Of a DNA stretch of 64,000 nucleotides, positions 26,770 to 39,372 are shown piece after piece. The DNA lies in contig JALDZS010000067.1 in the NCBI GenBank assembly GCA_022813965.1, forward strand, positions 1 through 64,000, written 5' to 3'. The notes beneath the pieces were generated by a model. The model saw only the letters and a list, made by a program, of their open reading frames with translations. It searched no databases and was not told the origin of the DNA. Origin of the DNA: Toensbergia leucococca. Taxonomy: Eukaryota. Each line of letters opens with the position of its first letter. Position 1 is the first letter of the stretch. A program made the position numbers and the translations under genes.

Positions 26770-28148
26770 CGGCGTAAGTGAGAGATACTGCTCCACATCA
26801 ACGGGCAAGGGATCGATTTATCGAGGTTCATATTGCCTTCTTATCTACAACGTTATCCATGACTCTATATAATCATAGAACCGTTAGGCATCACTCATAC
26901 TATTTAATACACCTATTCGACAAAGGTTTACTCTGTCCCAATCTATGTGTACGAGTGGGCCCATAGACGAAAGATGAAGTGGATTATGTCTACCAACTTG
27001 ATAAGGATGGTCGTGGCTCAGCGGAGACTTGGATAAGGTACTTGGATGAGATGACGTATTATTGGGCATGCACAGCCATGTTGATTTAAGGTATGGCATT
27101 CAGAAAACGATGCCATAGCCACCAAAATACCTTAACTTACCTTAGGCACAACAACTGACATCATCCCACACAAGTGACTGGAAAATACCTGACACTCTGT
27201 CCCTGTTCAACAAAGCTATCCTCCGACCGTTGTAACAGCGGAAGCTTGATTGAATATCGTGGAATCAAGTCCCCATTTACGTGGATTGATTGATATTGAT
27301 CATAGAGTGAATTTCATTAGGTTTGGATCCCACGGGCTAGAATTCAGCTTGAGAGGGGGCGGCGCACTACGTCATCATTGGCTTACCCTACCGTGGACCT
27401 CTCGGGCTAATTTCGTAGTCATCCCAAATATCGATCGTCCAGCCACACTCGGTAATCCTGCTCAAAAATCAGTCTAAGAGAGTCTGAGACCAGGACCGGC
27501 CAACTTTCACCATTGGGGCGGCGGACACGTCCGGTCAACGCCCATGCCATAACTGTGGAGAAGACCGTCGCTGCCGTTTCTCCAAATCAGATTTCAGTAC
27601 GTCCTCACAGCTTAGAAACCCTTCGTTCGCGCCGCACCCAAGGCTGACCATTAGTCGTGAAACAGAAGCCAAGTGGCGCAACCCATCACCCTTCGTGTGC
27701 CAATCCCACTCAAAATCTGACAGCATCTACCTTCCATGGTGATACCTTTCGGCGCGCATCGAAGATCATACCAGTACACGATCGGTTGACATCTTCTCTC
27801 CTTGTGCTGCACCGAAGCCATTCGCCGGGCGATGCTGGATCCTGCGCCCATTTATTTCTGGGACGGTGGACTCGACGGACTATATAATTAACTCAACCAC
27901 TCGTTTCCCCCAACAGACTTATCTTCCAAGGTGTGTACACTCCAGTACCAAGTATGACATGCACTCTCGAGAGTGCGCCCATGCACTCACACCAGACGGA
28001 GCTCTACATGACTCGCAGCCCATATTTTAGGGGGCGCATTGACTTATTTCTCGTGTTAGATACTGTATATTCATCCCGATATAGATTACTCTAATTCGTA
28101 GTTTTCTGATCCTGCTACCTATTTGTTTGATTGTGTTTTCGGTTCTAG

Positions 28149-30254
28149 ATGGCAGAGTCAATCGCAGCGACCTCAGCGCCAACTACACCAAAACGACCTT
28201 TGGCTGCCTCCATCAATTTTCCTACCACTCCTACATCGATTGCATCATCAGCGGAGCCATCCAACCTTGCAGAGATCACCAGTTTTCCGAAGCCAAGGAG
28301 CCCTCGAAAGCGTCGGCGATCTGTCGGAAATCAACATACCCTGTCACCTATCCGTGCAACTTTGCGGACATCACCGGGGCCCATATCACCCAAGGTGGCA
28401 TTCTCCCCATTATATACATCAAGGCCCCTTACTGCCGCTGCTGCTATGGCTGATGAAAGATTACAACGGGAAGAAAAAGAACGAGCACAAAGTAATCAAC
28501 AAAGCCCTAATCCGGCCAGGCGCGCGTTAGGAGCGCTGCTAGGAAGTCAGGGTAGCAACGTGAGCAGACTTTACGATGCGCCGAATGCCGCAAACACAAT
28601 GAGCGAGCCCATCGCCAGTGTGGCGGCCTCGATTAGAGTGCCAGAAAATGTCCAGAGTGACAATGGAATGCAAACAAGTCCAGTCAGCATGTCAAGTTTT
28701 GGTAACCTAGAGAATACAACAGCGAGTTCAGGCATGGTCAATGGCGCAAAGGTCTCAAGTCCAAGTCAAATTGCCGTCGAAGCCAACAATGAGGATGATG
28801 GTTCACGTAGTAGCAATATGGAAGATGAGGGAACAGATCCTGGCGATGGTCGTTCGAATAAAGCGTTGAGCTTCCCTGTGCCATTGTTGAGTGCCCAAAT
28901 GACGGATGCGCGACGGGGGATGAGTCTGCCACATGCTGGTTTTGGTCGAGATAGCTCCAGATCGCCCTCGACTAAGAAACACAAATGCCCGTATTGCTCC
29001 ACTGACTTCACCCGCCATCACAATTTAAAGAGCCATCTGTTGACCCATAGTCACGAAAAGCCATATATGTGCCAAACGTGCGACTCGCGATTTCGACGCC
29101 TCCATGACTTGAAGCGGCACACTAAACTACATACTGGTGAGAGACCACATGTTTGTCCCAAATGCGATCGTAGCTTCGCCCGTGGTGATGCACTAGCGCG
29201 GCATAGCAAGGGTCAAGGCGGGTGTGCTGGTCGCCGATCTAGTATGGGCAGCTTTGGAGGAGATGAAAAGGGCGGCGAGAGAATGAAGGGGATGCAGGGT
29301 CAGGATGATAGCATGGACGGACTGATGTACACCGACGAGGCCTCACATGAGCCTGAAAACATGGACGAAGACGAAGACGCAGATCAAGGGAGAAGAGGCC
29401 TCCCTAGCATTCGGAAGCACGACGCTCCGCTCGACCCACATCATCATCGCCAACTTTCAGAGAGTCAGAATGCCTATCAATCGCGCCAGCCAAGAACATA
29501 CCCGCCAGTGGCCGCTCGTCATTCGACTACCGGAGGATTATTCCCTCCAAACGCGATTCATGGAGGCGTCTCCAGTACGTCGACTTCTCCAGGTGCCCAG
29601 ATAAGTTCGCTCAACCACTACCCCCATGGTGCGAGTGCATCCTCTACGTATCATGTCGGGGGACAGAGCGTATTTGCCCAGGGCGGGATGACTGAGAGTC
29701 CAAAACCCATATCACCTGGTGCCACGAGTTCAGTGGCGCATCCGGATCCTGGAATCCATCACAATAGATCTCCGAGTTTGACGCAACAGCTTCAGCAGCA
29801 ACAATATGGTCGGCGAAACACCACTCAGAATACGCCGCCTTCGATCGGTTTACCTCCTCCATTGCCTAGTGCTGGTCACTCTAATGCTCCTCATCTGCCG
29901 TCTCTACCAGGCCTCACCCCTCCAGACCCCAGGTATACCCTTCATAGCCAGACCACCGGCCCCGTGCTGGGGCATACAGGCGTGCAAGGCAGCCATCCAG
30001 GTCCGTCGCAAGTCTCTGGAGGCCCAACATCTCCGAGCTATCACTCACAACAAGGCAACATCTCTTCGACAAGCAACAGCCATTCGAGTCATGGCACCCA
30101 GGCGCGTGTCAGTGGTGACGGGCTCAACAATATGTACGCTCAAGGAAACGATCGTCTTTGGGCCTATGTGCGAAGTTTGGAAGTGAAAGTGGACCGATTA
30201 CAAGATGAAGTGAATTCTTTGAAGAGTCAAACTAACGTGGGTCTCCACCGATAA
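28149..30254 (+). CDS. C2H2 zinc-finger transcription factor
   Basis: Intronless 701 aa with fingers CPYC..HLLTH, CQTC..HTKLH and CPKC..H joined by EKPY/TGERPH linkers, plus a C-terminal coiled coil. Confidence 0.9.
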   Translation: MAESIAATSAPTTPKRPLAASINFPTTPTSIASSAEPSNLAEITSFPKPRSPRKRRRSVGNQHTLSPIRATLRTSPGPISPKVAFSPLYTSRPLTAAAAMADERLQREEKERAQSNQQSPNPARRALGALLGSQGSNVSRLYDAPNAANTMSEPIASVAASIRVPENVQSDNGMQTSPVSMSSFGNLENTTASSGMVNGAKVSSPSQIAVEANNEDDGSRSSNMEDEGTDPGDGRSNKALSFPVPLLSAQMTDARRGMSLPHAGFGRDSSRSPSTKKHKCPYCSTDFTRHHNLKSHLLTHSHEKPYMCQTCDSRFRRLHDLKRHTKLHTGERPHVCPKCDRSFARGDALARHSKGQGGCAGRRSSMGSFGGDEKGGERMKGMQGQDDSMDGLMYTDEASHEPENMDEDEDADQGRRGLPSIRKHDAPLDPHHHRQLSESQNAYQSRQPRTYPPVAARHSTTGGLFPPNAIHGGVSSTSTSPGAQISSLNHYPHGASASSTYHVGGQSVFAQGGMTESPKPISPGATSSVAHPDPGIHHNRSPSLTQQLQQQQYGRRNTTQNTPPSIGLPPPLPSAGHSNAPHLPSLPGLTPPDPRYTLHSQTTGPVLGHTGVQGSHPGPSQVSGGPTSPSYHSQQGNISSTSNSHSSHGTQARVSGDGLNNMYAQGNDRLWAYVRSLEVKVDRLQDEVNSLKSQTNVGLHR

Positions 30255-32426
30255 GACGCGTCTCATTCCGACAGTTTCAAATATAATGCTCCAAACGATA
30301 TCACTAATACCTGTACAATATCCGCAACGCATTTTTATCCTCCGTCACCTTGAACTTAGCGGGCCGGAAATGGGAGTCTAGAGAAAATGAAAGGAAGCCC
30401 AGTACCCGAAAGAGGCTTCGGCCAGCGGTAAGCAACGAGCTGGTTATTCGACGGCGAAATTTGGTGGGCTCGGTGGATGACAGTCCGGATGAACGAAGGT
30501 GCTGGTGTTTTTCACATGTATCAAGACGAAAAAAGAAAAAGGAGGTTGTTCTGCGTTGTATTTATACCTATCGTACATTGTCTTTTCCGAACGAAAGTTT
30601 TTTTCTTTCTCGACATGTTGTACTTATAGCTTGTAGTATAGCTTCATTCATGAGAGGAGCGGTCAGGACTAGCTTTCATCAATATAAGCGTTGATCTTTC
30701 CTTGGATGAAAGCATGCGCGAGATGATTTACCACACCTGAATGGTATGAGGTTGCAATATACAAGCTACTTCTTGTACTGTAGTGGCTTGAATGCTCGTA
30801 TATGATTTATGCAGGATGTTGGGTGATGAGTCAGGTAGAACGTTTTGCTTGGGTAGGTATGAACACAGAATGGTACCTTACAACAAACTAGGTACGTACC
30901 ATAGGGTATGAAAACGGGTCACCGAAGCGAGCGCTACCTACCACCTATGAAGAAGAGAAAGCGCCTCGCCTCCTCGCTTGACAGGCGTTTCGAAGAACGA
31001 CCGCTCTTTCTTCGATCCATCTTTCTTTATGTGCATTTCCGCTTGTCTTCAGCCACGACCTCATCTACAACCTCGGCACTGTGGCTGAACTGTCGTCAGT
31101 GGCTAGAGACTATGAAGCATTGGTGTGGCTTCGACCAGGGGATAGGTCATCACCGGGCTGCACTAAGCCGGGGTTGTGACTTGCGGCTGAACAACATCTA
31201 TTTACTGTTTTCTTCGCACCCGCTCTCGAGCGACGACTCGGTGCTCTCGGTGCCGCATTCAACCGTATTACCTACCACCTCACCTTTGACTTGTTCCCTT
31301 ACCGTCCGGTCATGCTATGAGTCGATGCGTCATCTTGACACTCATTGGTTGTTTTCCGCACACTTTTTCACTTTGCCTTTTCCCCTGCCCGCCGTTTCAC
31401 CTTTTTGTCGTCATGTCAGAGCTCGAAGCCACGCCTAACTCCATACTCGCAAAGGTCGCCGTCCACCCCTGGTCTCTATCAGCTGTAATGGAGCATGATT
31501 TACAATCAGCACCTTACCAAACGTTCCTGCCCCTGGGGAAGGATGGTTTCTGACATAGGGCTAAGCTAAGTCTCAGCCAGCAGCGATGGCCAGACTCTAT
31601 CAATTACATAGTGGCCTCGATTATGCTATCGGACGCTATTATGTATACTCTGAACAATATTTCATTGGCCCGCCGGTGAGATTAGCAACACCCAAGCCTT
31701 TAATAGGGTTGCTATTCTTTGCCTCGTCCTGCCATTTAACCCCTGGGTCGCAAGACTAGCACCTCTGGTGTCATTGCCACTCATAGGGCTATCATGGGAC
31801 CTCCAAGATAGACCCTGTTGGTGGAGGCTGTCCGTGGATCCGTTCTGACTTCCTGGCCCTTCAAGATGAATAATGGCCAATCATTTGCATATGCAAGCCT
31901 TTTACAAGTAGAGCGTGCAGATACAGTGACACTCGACAAACACCTTTGCGCCGCCAAAGTTAGTGACTCATGCCTGCGGTGGGTTCTTACAAGCTGTACT
32001 TTGTGTTGGTCCACGCCTCAATCGGCCTGAAGATTCTATACCATGAACGCCGTTGGAAGCAGCTTAGGCAACAAAGCTGTTTTTGTAAGTAGGAGCGTAG
32101 TGATGAGAATCGTGAGTATATGAGAACTGATCCAGAGCATCATCTCCGCTCCGGCTTTATACAATGTCGTTGGCGAAACAGTATTCCCTTCCTAGACCGA
32201 CCGCTGATTGCTTCTGTCTACCTTGACGTCACAGCGCTCTAAAACGAGTTGCATTAACGCAGCATTCTGTACAGTAACTTGCCATCGCTGGCATATTCTA
32301 ATAGTCAGGAAGCATATACTAGAGGTACTCGCATTCCCTTGGGCATGCCACGCGCTGCAGAAGTGGCTGATGAGATAGGAAGCCGGGAGAACTTGTTGCT
32401 ATTCGGCTCCGACAATTGCTTCACCC

Positions 32427-33079
32427 ATGGCTGGGAGAGGTCAGCAAGAAGGCGTGCAAGGAGGAGAAGGTTCGTCCAGGCGGCAAAATGACGACTGGAC
32501 CAAGGAAAAAGATCCAGAGGAAAGACGAAAAATTCAAAATAGAATTGCCCAACGCAAATTCCGTCAGTCTCCCTGTGTCACTGCTCTGGAGACCCGCTGA
32601 TGCAACACACTGACGATCTGAATGACAGGGGAAAGAGAGAAGCAGAAACGTAGAGATGAATCAGGGATCGCGGCGAATCAAGCAGCTGCCGGTTCAGCCT
32701 ACGCGCACCCCGAAGCGGAAGACCTCGAGCCCAATGCCGATCCTGCTGGTCTACCATGGGGTAGTGTCTCACTCAAACATGTTTTCGAAGCCGGCAAGGC
32801 GAAAGAAAAAGGCTCGCAGCGAGACTCGTCACGACACTCCCAACGTACCTCGCGCGAGCCTTCAACAGGGCGTTTGCAACGTCCTGACGACCCTTCGCGG
32901 TAAGATCTCTGTGAGTCTGTCTTAAAGCACATGCTCTTCACTTGGCTGACAATGGCATCAGGGTCGCAACGGGACAAGTTGGTCTGCAACTTTCCGAACA
33001 ATGGGCAAGGGGAACACCGGCTTGGAATCACTTCGGGTTCAATGATTTCCCAAACAGTTGGCGAGGGCGTCGGCCATGA
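32427..33079 (+). CDS. Small bZIP-type transcription factor (basic region missed by the ORF track)
   Basis: Exon 32427-32562 encodes MAGRGQQ...DDWTKEKDPEERRKIQNRIAQRKFR. Intron 32563-32628; exon 2 contains GLPWGS. Ends at 32903 if unspliced or 33079 if the GTAAGA...CTGAC...CAG intron is removed. Confidence 0.8.
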
Positions 33080-34355
33080 TCTACTGAACATGATGGTTAC
33101 TATACTTTCTTTGACTTGTGGCGGGTAGAGAGGTAGAGATGGGGCGACTTTTGAGCGTGGGGAAGGCTCGAACCGCGGGATCGGTTTGATGGGTCAGGCA
33201 TTTACTTGATACTTGGCGTTGTTTAGATGTGTTCTCCTTCTACCATACTACGATTTGTATTTTCCAGGCAGCATTGATTGGGAGTTGGTACAGCAATCCA
33301 AAACCGGTTTCAGCCACATACGCTGCACGAGGCTTTTGTAATCCAACAGCAGTTGTCTCCATGTTGTCTCCTAGCTCTGTACGGAGTACGGAGTAGCCAA
33401 GCTCTGTTTGAAGTTCTGGGCGGAGTTGAGTCACAGCCCTCCAGAGTGAGGGAGGAGACAGAGAGAAAGAGAGGTTTCGTTTGAGGTGTGTCTTGTGCAG
33501 GAGTATGTCGGGATTTAGGCGGCATAATAAGCATAATGAGAGAGAGAACGGCATGATTGGATGTGCCTTGCTGTGGAGATGATCGACCCTAACCTCAGCC
33601 CTAGGGCACGTCTCTCCACAGCAGTTTAAGGTTGCGCTAGTCATGCAAGGGACTATCCGAGCTATCCTTTTCCGGCAAGGTAGCGACCACATCGACGACA
33701 TGCGACGACACTTTGGCTCCTCCTCGAGACACCAAGTCCATTGAGCAGTCCTGAGTCCGGGCTTTCTTTCTCCAGCCTCACAAATCTACCATCGATCGGT
33801 CATTGCCGCTTTCCGCGAGCTTCACTACGCCAGAGAGCCTACTCCATACAGCGTTGCCAATAGCATCCATCCAATTCTCCCCCCACGCCCAAGCTGAGCA
33901 ACGGCCAAGTCTCCGTAGAGACGAGCGCTTCAGGTTGTTGGCCTCTAACACACTGCTCGGCAAGGCGTCAAGGCCGCCATGGCTTGGTCTTTGGCGTTTC
34001 CTCTTGGACATATGTCCTTTGATCTGTCCTCGACCTCCCCACGCCACACCGTATTTGCAGCCATGATAAGCGCCTCGCCAGTAAGAACCCCAGGAGGTCT
34101 CTGATGAGGTCCAAATACGGGCCTAGTCACATGGCTGAAATGTGGCCCAGGCGACCTTAGATGACTTTACGACTAACTTCTGTCACCAACCACCATTCGA
34201 GGCTGATGCTCCTCTCCTTTGACAGCTTTACCTTTGTGCCTCATGAAACCTAGCTGCCTGAATTTCAATGTAATGCGATTGATACAAATAGGTCAGCATG
34301 GACGAAATATCTTTGAAACAGTAGTGACTTTGGCCTTTGCAATTTACCTTTGCCC

Positions 34356-35761
34356 ATGTCGACCCCAACGAGACAACTTCAGAACCTTGACATTGGTGGA
34401 GCCATGCCAACGACCCGCGCTCAAGCTCAACGGGATCGGCAACTTAGCCAGATGAGGGCAAGGGAACGGCAGATTCAAAGCAGAGAAGGATCGACTGACC
34501 GTCAGACAAGCCAAGTTGGCTCTCCTTCAGCCAGCGCCCTCCTGGGACGCTCAGGGTCTCCTTACGAAATCTCACAACTATCTCCCGAGTCTCTATCACG
34601 CGCCGTTGCTGGCATTAAGGCAGACCATGTCGTTAATCACGGCCGATATTTTGCTTTCCAATTGCAAAAGCCTGATAGCGTACGGATCCCTCATCCTAGC
34701 CTTAGTGATAACAGGGTCAATTGTACGTGCGAGATTTTCCAGCAAAACAAGACTGTATGTCTTCACATCTATGTAGGTTGTCCTTACCGCTTGGGAATCG
34801 CGTCTGTTGCTAAAGTGAGCAGTGGTTGCTCGAGGGCCTAAAAACCGCTTTGGGAGACAGAACGCGCGGCGCTCTGTCAAATCCACCTGGAGAGAGTACT
34901 ATGACACTACTTAGTGAATTGTACTACCGTATTGGAGAGAACTTGAGGTATCTCCCTGGACAGCTCAACAGAAGCCATGAAGAGGAATCGGAGACCGAGT
35001 CAGAATACAGTACGGCTGAGAGAAGCCCTGCACCTAACGATCTGAATGCTCGCAAAGAAATCGTGCGAGATATGCTTTCTGTCTTTGACGCCAGAGCCCT
35101 TCCTCGTGAATATGGCCGGGACTTTTTCGACGCTGCCCCTTCGGTGGAAACGTCTTCTGGCCACCTCTTCGTCCCTGAGAACCTTGCTGCTACTATTTTC
35201 AACCTTGCGATGCACGATGAGATTTTCTACAGGCATCTCCGGAGAGAACTCAATCGCGACTTCTGCGCGACGAAATTTTTCCAGAAGCTCGCAAGAGGAG
35301 CCCGAGTAGCAATAGAACGTTTGGATAATATTCTTCGGACCGAATCGACTGGAATCGAACAATCCCGTCAAGCTATCGGCGATTGTGCTGGATTTCTGCG
35401 GGAGATCGTTCATCAGATTCGGCAGAATCTAGACAGCAGAGCGCCTCTTGGATCTAAGATGGTCCCGAAAGTTTCTGAGCTCCTTGTGGGGATCCTTGAT
35501 ACAGTTTGTCAGGATCACAATCTTTACATGGAACTGATTGGCGCCCCCCCGCGACTCGGCCCATCGCCGGCTTGGATGTCTGACAATTTCGTCATTGATG
35601 TGCTCTTCGACCGTCCTCCCAACGAATGGGAACATCTTGTCGAGAACTTGCACACAATTCTCGAGAGGCTTCTTCAATACGAAGCGCCCGTGAATTATGT
35701 TAGAAAACTGGAGGGTAGGATGCGAGAATACGACGACGACATCCATGACGATGAGGATTAG
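34356..35761 (+). CDS. SWIM zinc-finger domain protein
   Basis: CTC-x9-CLH SWIM motif immediately before an intron (about 34773-34823) that links to a 311-codon ORF. Confidence 0.75.
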
Positions 35762-36489
35762 GTCTATCATTCGAGCAGTAATGCAAGACTACTACGACGC
35801 AGTGGCCAAGAAAGGACGAGGTAAAGGGGCGAAGGTAAAACAGTACATTTACCCTGAACGGGCACATAGAAATAGAATGGTATAGGATGACATGGGAGGT
35901 GAGATTGTATATTTCAAGGATCTTATTGGACCTCTAACATGGTGCTGGCAGTCGCAATGATTTTCGTTGGATTCCCTTTGTTGTTCAGCCATTATGTAGT
36001 CTATCCTTGGTCAAACTTTCCTTAGTGTAATGTCTCTTTTGTCATTCCATGAGCTGGGCTTATGACCTTTTCCTTTTGTCATAAATGGGTGCAGGCCATC
36101 CAGAGCTACTTTCTATAGATGAAGAGTCCGAATCTTTAAATTTTGAATACCTGCGGCTCAGAATCATTGAACACAGATCTGCGCTAAGCCTTTGTATCGC
36201 TTCTTCCCTGAGAAGAGGTCTTTTTGTTGGCTGAGGTAAATCAGGGTAGAGGTTAAGTAAAAGATATCTTGACCATAATTGTCAGAGGTTCCTGAAGAAC
36301 AGGCAGGCTCGCTGTTGTGCCTGCTTTCACGTTATTACCTATGGTACTCGTCTCTACTTGTATCCCCAAAGCATTCAAGACTGACAAAGTAGCTGTGTTT
36401 CATAACTAGTATACCGTCGTTTGCTCAAAGAGAGTAAGTAGTGAGTCGATATCATTGGAGTCACCTATCAAGAAGAGAGAGATATATTA

Positions 36490-37022
36490 TGGGTTTCATT
36501 ATTCCGACACCACCCCCTACCACTACCAAATTAGGCAATGATTAGGCGTAGTCATTACCGAGCGCAATGTCAGATAGGTATCGAAACATCGCGATTTTGC
36601 ATCACAATGTGACTCAGTTTTCCACCCCACCCCCGGAGCGCAGTCACAGTAAAATAATCATGATTTACACCTTATCTTTGACCTCAGTTGACTACAATTA
36701 GTAGGTCTGTAGCATTCGAAGCTGAATGAGTAGGGTAACGGATGATGAGGTGAGGATAAAACGCGTCAGCATTGCGCTTAGGTGAAGAAATCAGAGAAAA
36801 TGAGTGTGAAGTCACGATGATTCCCTCTGTGTTACTACCCTCAAACGACACATAGTTGATGAAGTAGATAACATGCAAAAGATGTGGGGAATTGAGTCAA
36901 AATGTCGGGTGGAATCATGATATTTCTCTGTACGCTCATGGGTTCTATTGCCTAGAATAATTAGGTAGTGGTAGGCGAGGGTGTAGGATTATTGAAATGG
37001 GGTGTCGAAATATTGAAACCCA
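36490..37022. mobile_element. MITE-like non-autonomous element with long imperfect inverted repeats
   Basis: Left end TGGGTTTCATTATTCCGACACC...CCTACCACTACC..TAGGCAAT matches the reverse complement of the right end TGGGTTTCAATATTTCGACACC...CCTACCACTACC..TAGGCAAT. Patchy similarity extends over 100 bp inward. No coding capacity. Confidence 0.7.
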
Positions 37023-37416
37023 CCGAACTTAGGATTCAGGATTGCCGTTCTAGATTGAGAAAGGGAGCAGGGCCGTTTAAGAATCGAGTGGGCAGCAAAG
37101 GGAGCAAGTTGGCGTAGCAAGGGAGCATTGAGAGAGCATTGAGGGAGCGCCGGGGGGCATCGAGGGAGTACTGAGGAGCATGTGGGAGCCTAAATTGGCG
37201 AAATCAGTATCGGCTTGGGCTACCAGTCTAAGGTAGATCGTCTTCAAGTTGATTTGAGGTATTCTAAGCGAGGCTTTTCCCGTTAGGGTTAAAAGCAGAC
37301 GCCGGAAGGAGCCGGTCCGAGCTACGGAGTACTAAAGCACAAAAACGCGAATCATTTCCGCAAGTTGATGCACTTCGATACCTTAGTCTCATTATCCGTA
37401 TCCTTCCTCAGCTAGT

Positions 37417-38438
37417 ATGCCATCCGCTGATAGATCTGCGGGACGCACCGTCCATATCTACGATGCCAGAGATCGGGGAACAGTGCTTGGTGGCCTCATT
37501 TTGACCGACGGTTTGACCAAATCCAATTTTTACTCAATGGTGGAGATTTTGCTTCTGTTTCAGTCCTCATTTTCTATTGAACAAGAAACCTCTACTACAT
37601 TAGAGAGAAATGAAGAACCATTGCCTCCCGGAAACTATTATATAGTTGCTAAGTCTCTGAACCTGATCCTAATGAGGGCTGTCAACTTGTAGTCTACAGG
37701 GACCTTCGTCGTCAACAGTGAGATTTGTCTCACACGTGCACTTTCATTGTCTGGAGATACTCGTTCTCATGCATTCCGCGACGAAGTACGTGACCGAGAT
37801 CGTAGATGTGTTATCACAGGCAGGATAGCAAAGAGGGCTCATCTTGGGAAATGGGACCGTTTTCAAGCTGCACATATCTTTCCTCTCGCCTATGAAAGCG
37901 ACTGGATTCAGCACAATTATGGTCGTTGGATTACTATCCCGGCTGCCAACGGGCATTCAATAAATTCAAAGCAAAATGGGCTATTGTTAACGGCAGATAT
38001 GCATATCCTCTTCGATATGTATGACATTTCAATCAATCCTGACGTATGATCACACACGCCCACCCTTGGATTTTCAACTACTAATAATTGTAGGACAATC
38101 ATAAAGTCATTTCTTTTACGGAAGATGGAGATGACGTCGCAGGCAAATTTCTTGATGAGCAATTTCGCAATGATCCTGAACGACCCCCTGACGAACTTCT
38201 GCGATGGCACTTTCGACAAGCTGTTCTTACGAATATGAAAGGCGCTGGAGAGCCGGAATTTGAAATTGACTTCCCCCCTGGCTCGGATGTTCTGGGTGAG
38301 ATACGTAGGGGTCCAAAGCCCGAGAAGCGAATGGGGTTTGAGTTGTTTGACCGTCTCGCAGTAAGTTCTGTTATTATCTGGCACTATGGCAGTGAAGTGT
38401 CGAGTTCTAATCAAAAATGTGCCCTAGTTTTGTACGTA
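37417..38438 (+). CDS. HNH endonuclease (HNH_2-type) with an N-terminal header domain
   Basis: FRDEVRDRDRRCVITG...AAHIFP...NGLLL..DMH.LFD, then RWHFRQAVLTNMKGAGEP. Intron 2 (38044-38093) and intron 3 (38361-38426) are canonical. Intron 1 (about 37645/37648-37692) has an atypical donor. Confidence 0.8.
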
Positions 38439-38772
38439 GCTCCTTGGCAATTATAGCAGTGTTTTCAAGACTAAGAATTCTAAGGTGAGGAGGAGTAGCG
38501 CTCTAAAAACTCTGATTGTGCCTCTGCTAAGACCGCTATTGAAATTTAGAAGTCACATGCTCTTTCCCTTCTGGTACTTTACATATCCGCAATGTGACCC
38601 CTTGGAGACAAAGACAAAGGCCTTTCATCTAGCTTCTATCCTTGTCAGAAGCGATGGATTTCCCGATACACAGTGAGCATGAAGGCTGATGTCCTCGTCG
38701 GCCTTCCAGCCCAGGTCCAGGCTTTCAATCGGTCTCCAGAACCTCTAATCTACTGCCTCACCATCCTCAAAA

Positions 38773-39372
38773 ATGCCGTCGCCACGAAAAATAACGCTAC
38801 CAGAAGATGCCCAGCGTGCGTCTTTTCTGAAGCAAGATGTCTTAGCAATTATCAGTCGTCCTATCGCATCAAATCATCCAGTAACCCCTCCTGAAAGCCC
38901 ACTCAAGGCGTCGACGCCTTCAGACCTTACAGTATACGAGGTAAGACTTAAAGAGAGTGTCCTCGCCAACAAGTAACGCAGAGAACAGGATTTCATACCT
39001 TTGCATAGTGTGGAACGAGTACAAATGTCAGCAAATTACTTTCAAAAGCTGAATGAAGTTCTCACTTATAGTGAATTTGATCTTCAGTATACTCTCTTCA
39101 ACCCTGATATTTAAACTTTGATAGCTGACATGATTTGTTTCAGCTCGCTATCTATCTCCTTTGACTCTCGAAGCTCTACTGGGATTATTCAATGGATGCT
39201 CTCACCTGTCCACGAGATTCTTGCATATCTCTTTATCAGAAGCGATGCTGTTGCTACACAGGACCTTTGGCAGCGAGGCAGATTGATGCTGTTGGGAATC
39301 AAAGAGTGAGAGCCTTCACAGGGGCTTATAAGGGTAGTAAGAAGAAATCAGACATGTTGATACTGATATAGT
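38773..39372 (+). pseudogene. Disrupted PD-(D/E)XK (Uma2-like restriction-endonuclease-fold) gene
   Basis: Frame continues past a TAA at 38974 and across an intron (about 39088-39143) into [11 protein letters not shown]. After a frameshift near 39275 it reads FTGAYKGSKKKSD, resembling the MPSPxHE and FxGxYxxSxKEPD motifs of fungal REase-fold proteins. Confidence 0.55.

Noticed and set aside
30908..32050. Several 70-176 aa ORFs upstream of the bZIP gene
   Set aside because: No protein-like motifs; more likely promoter or leader sequence.
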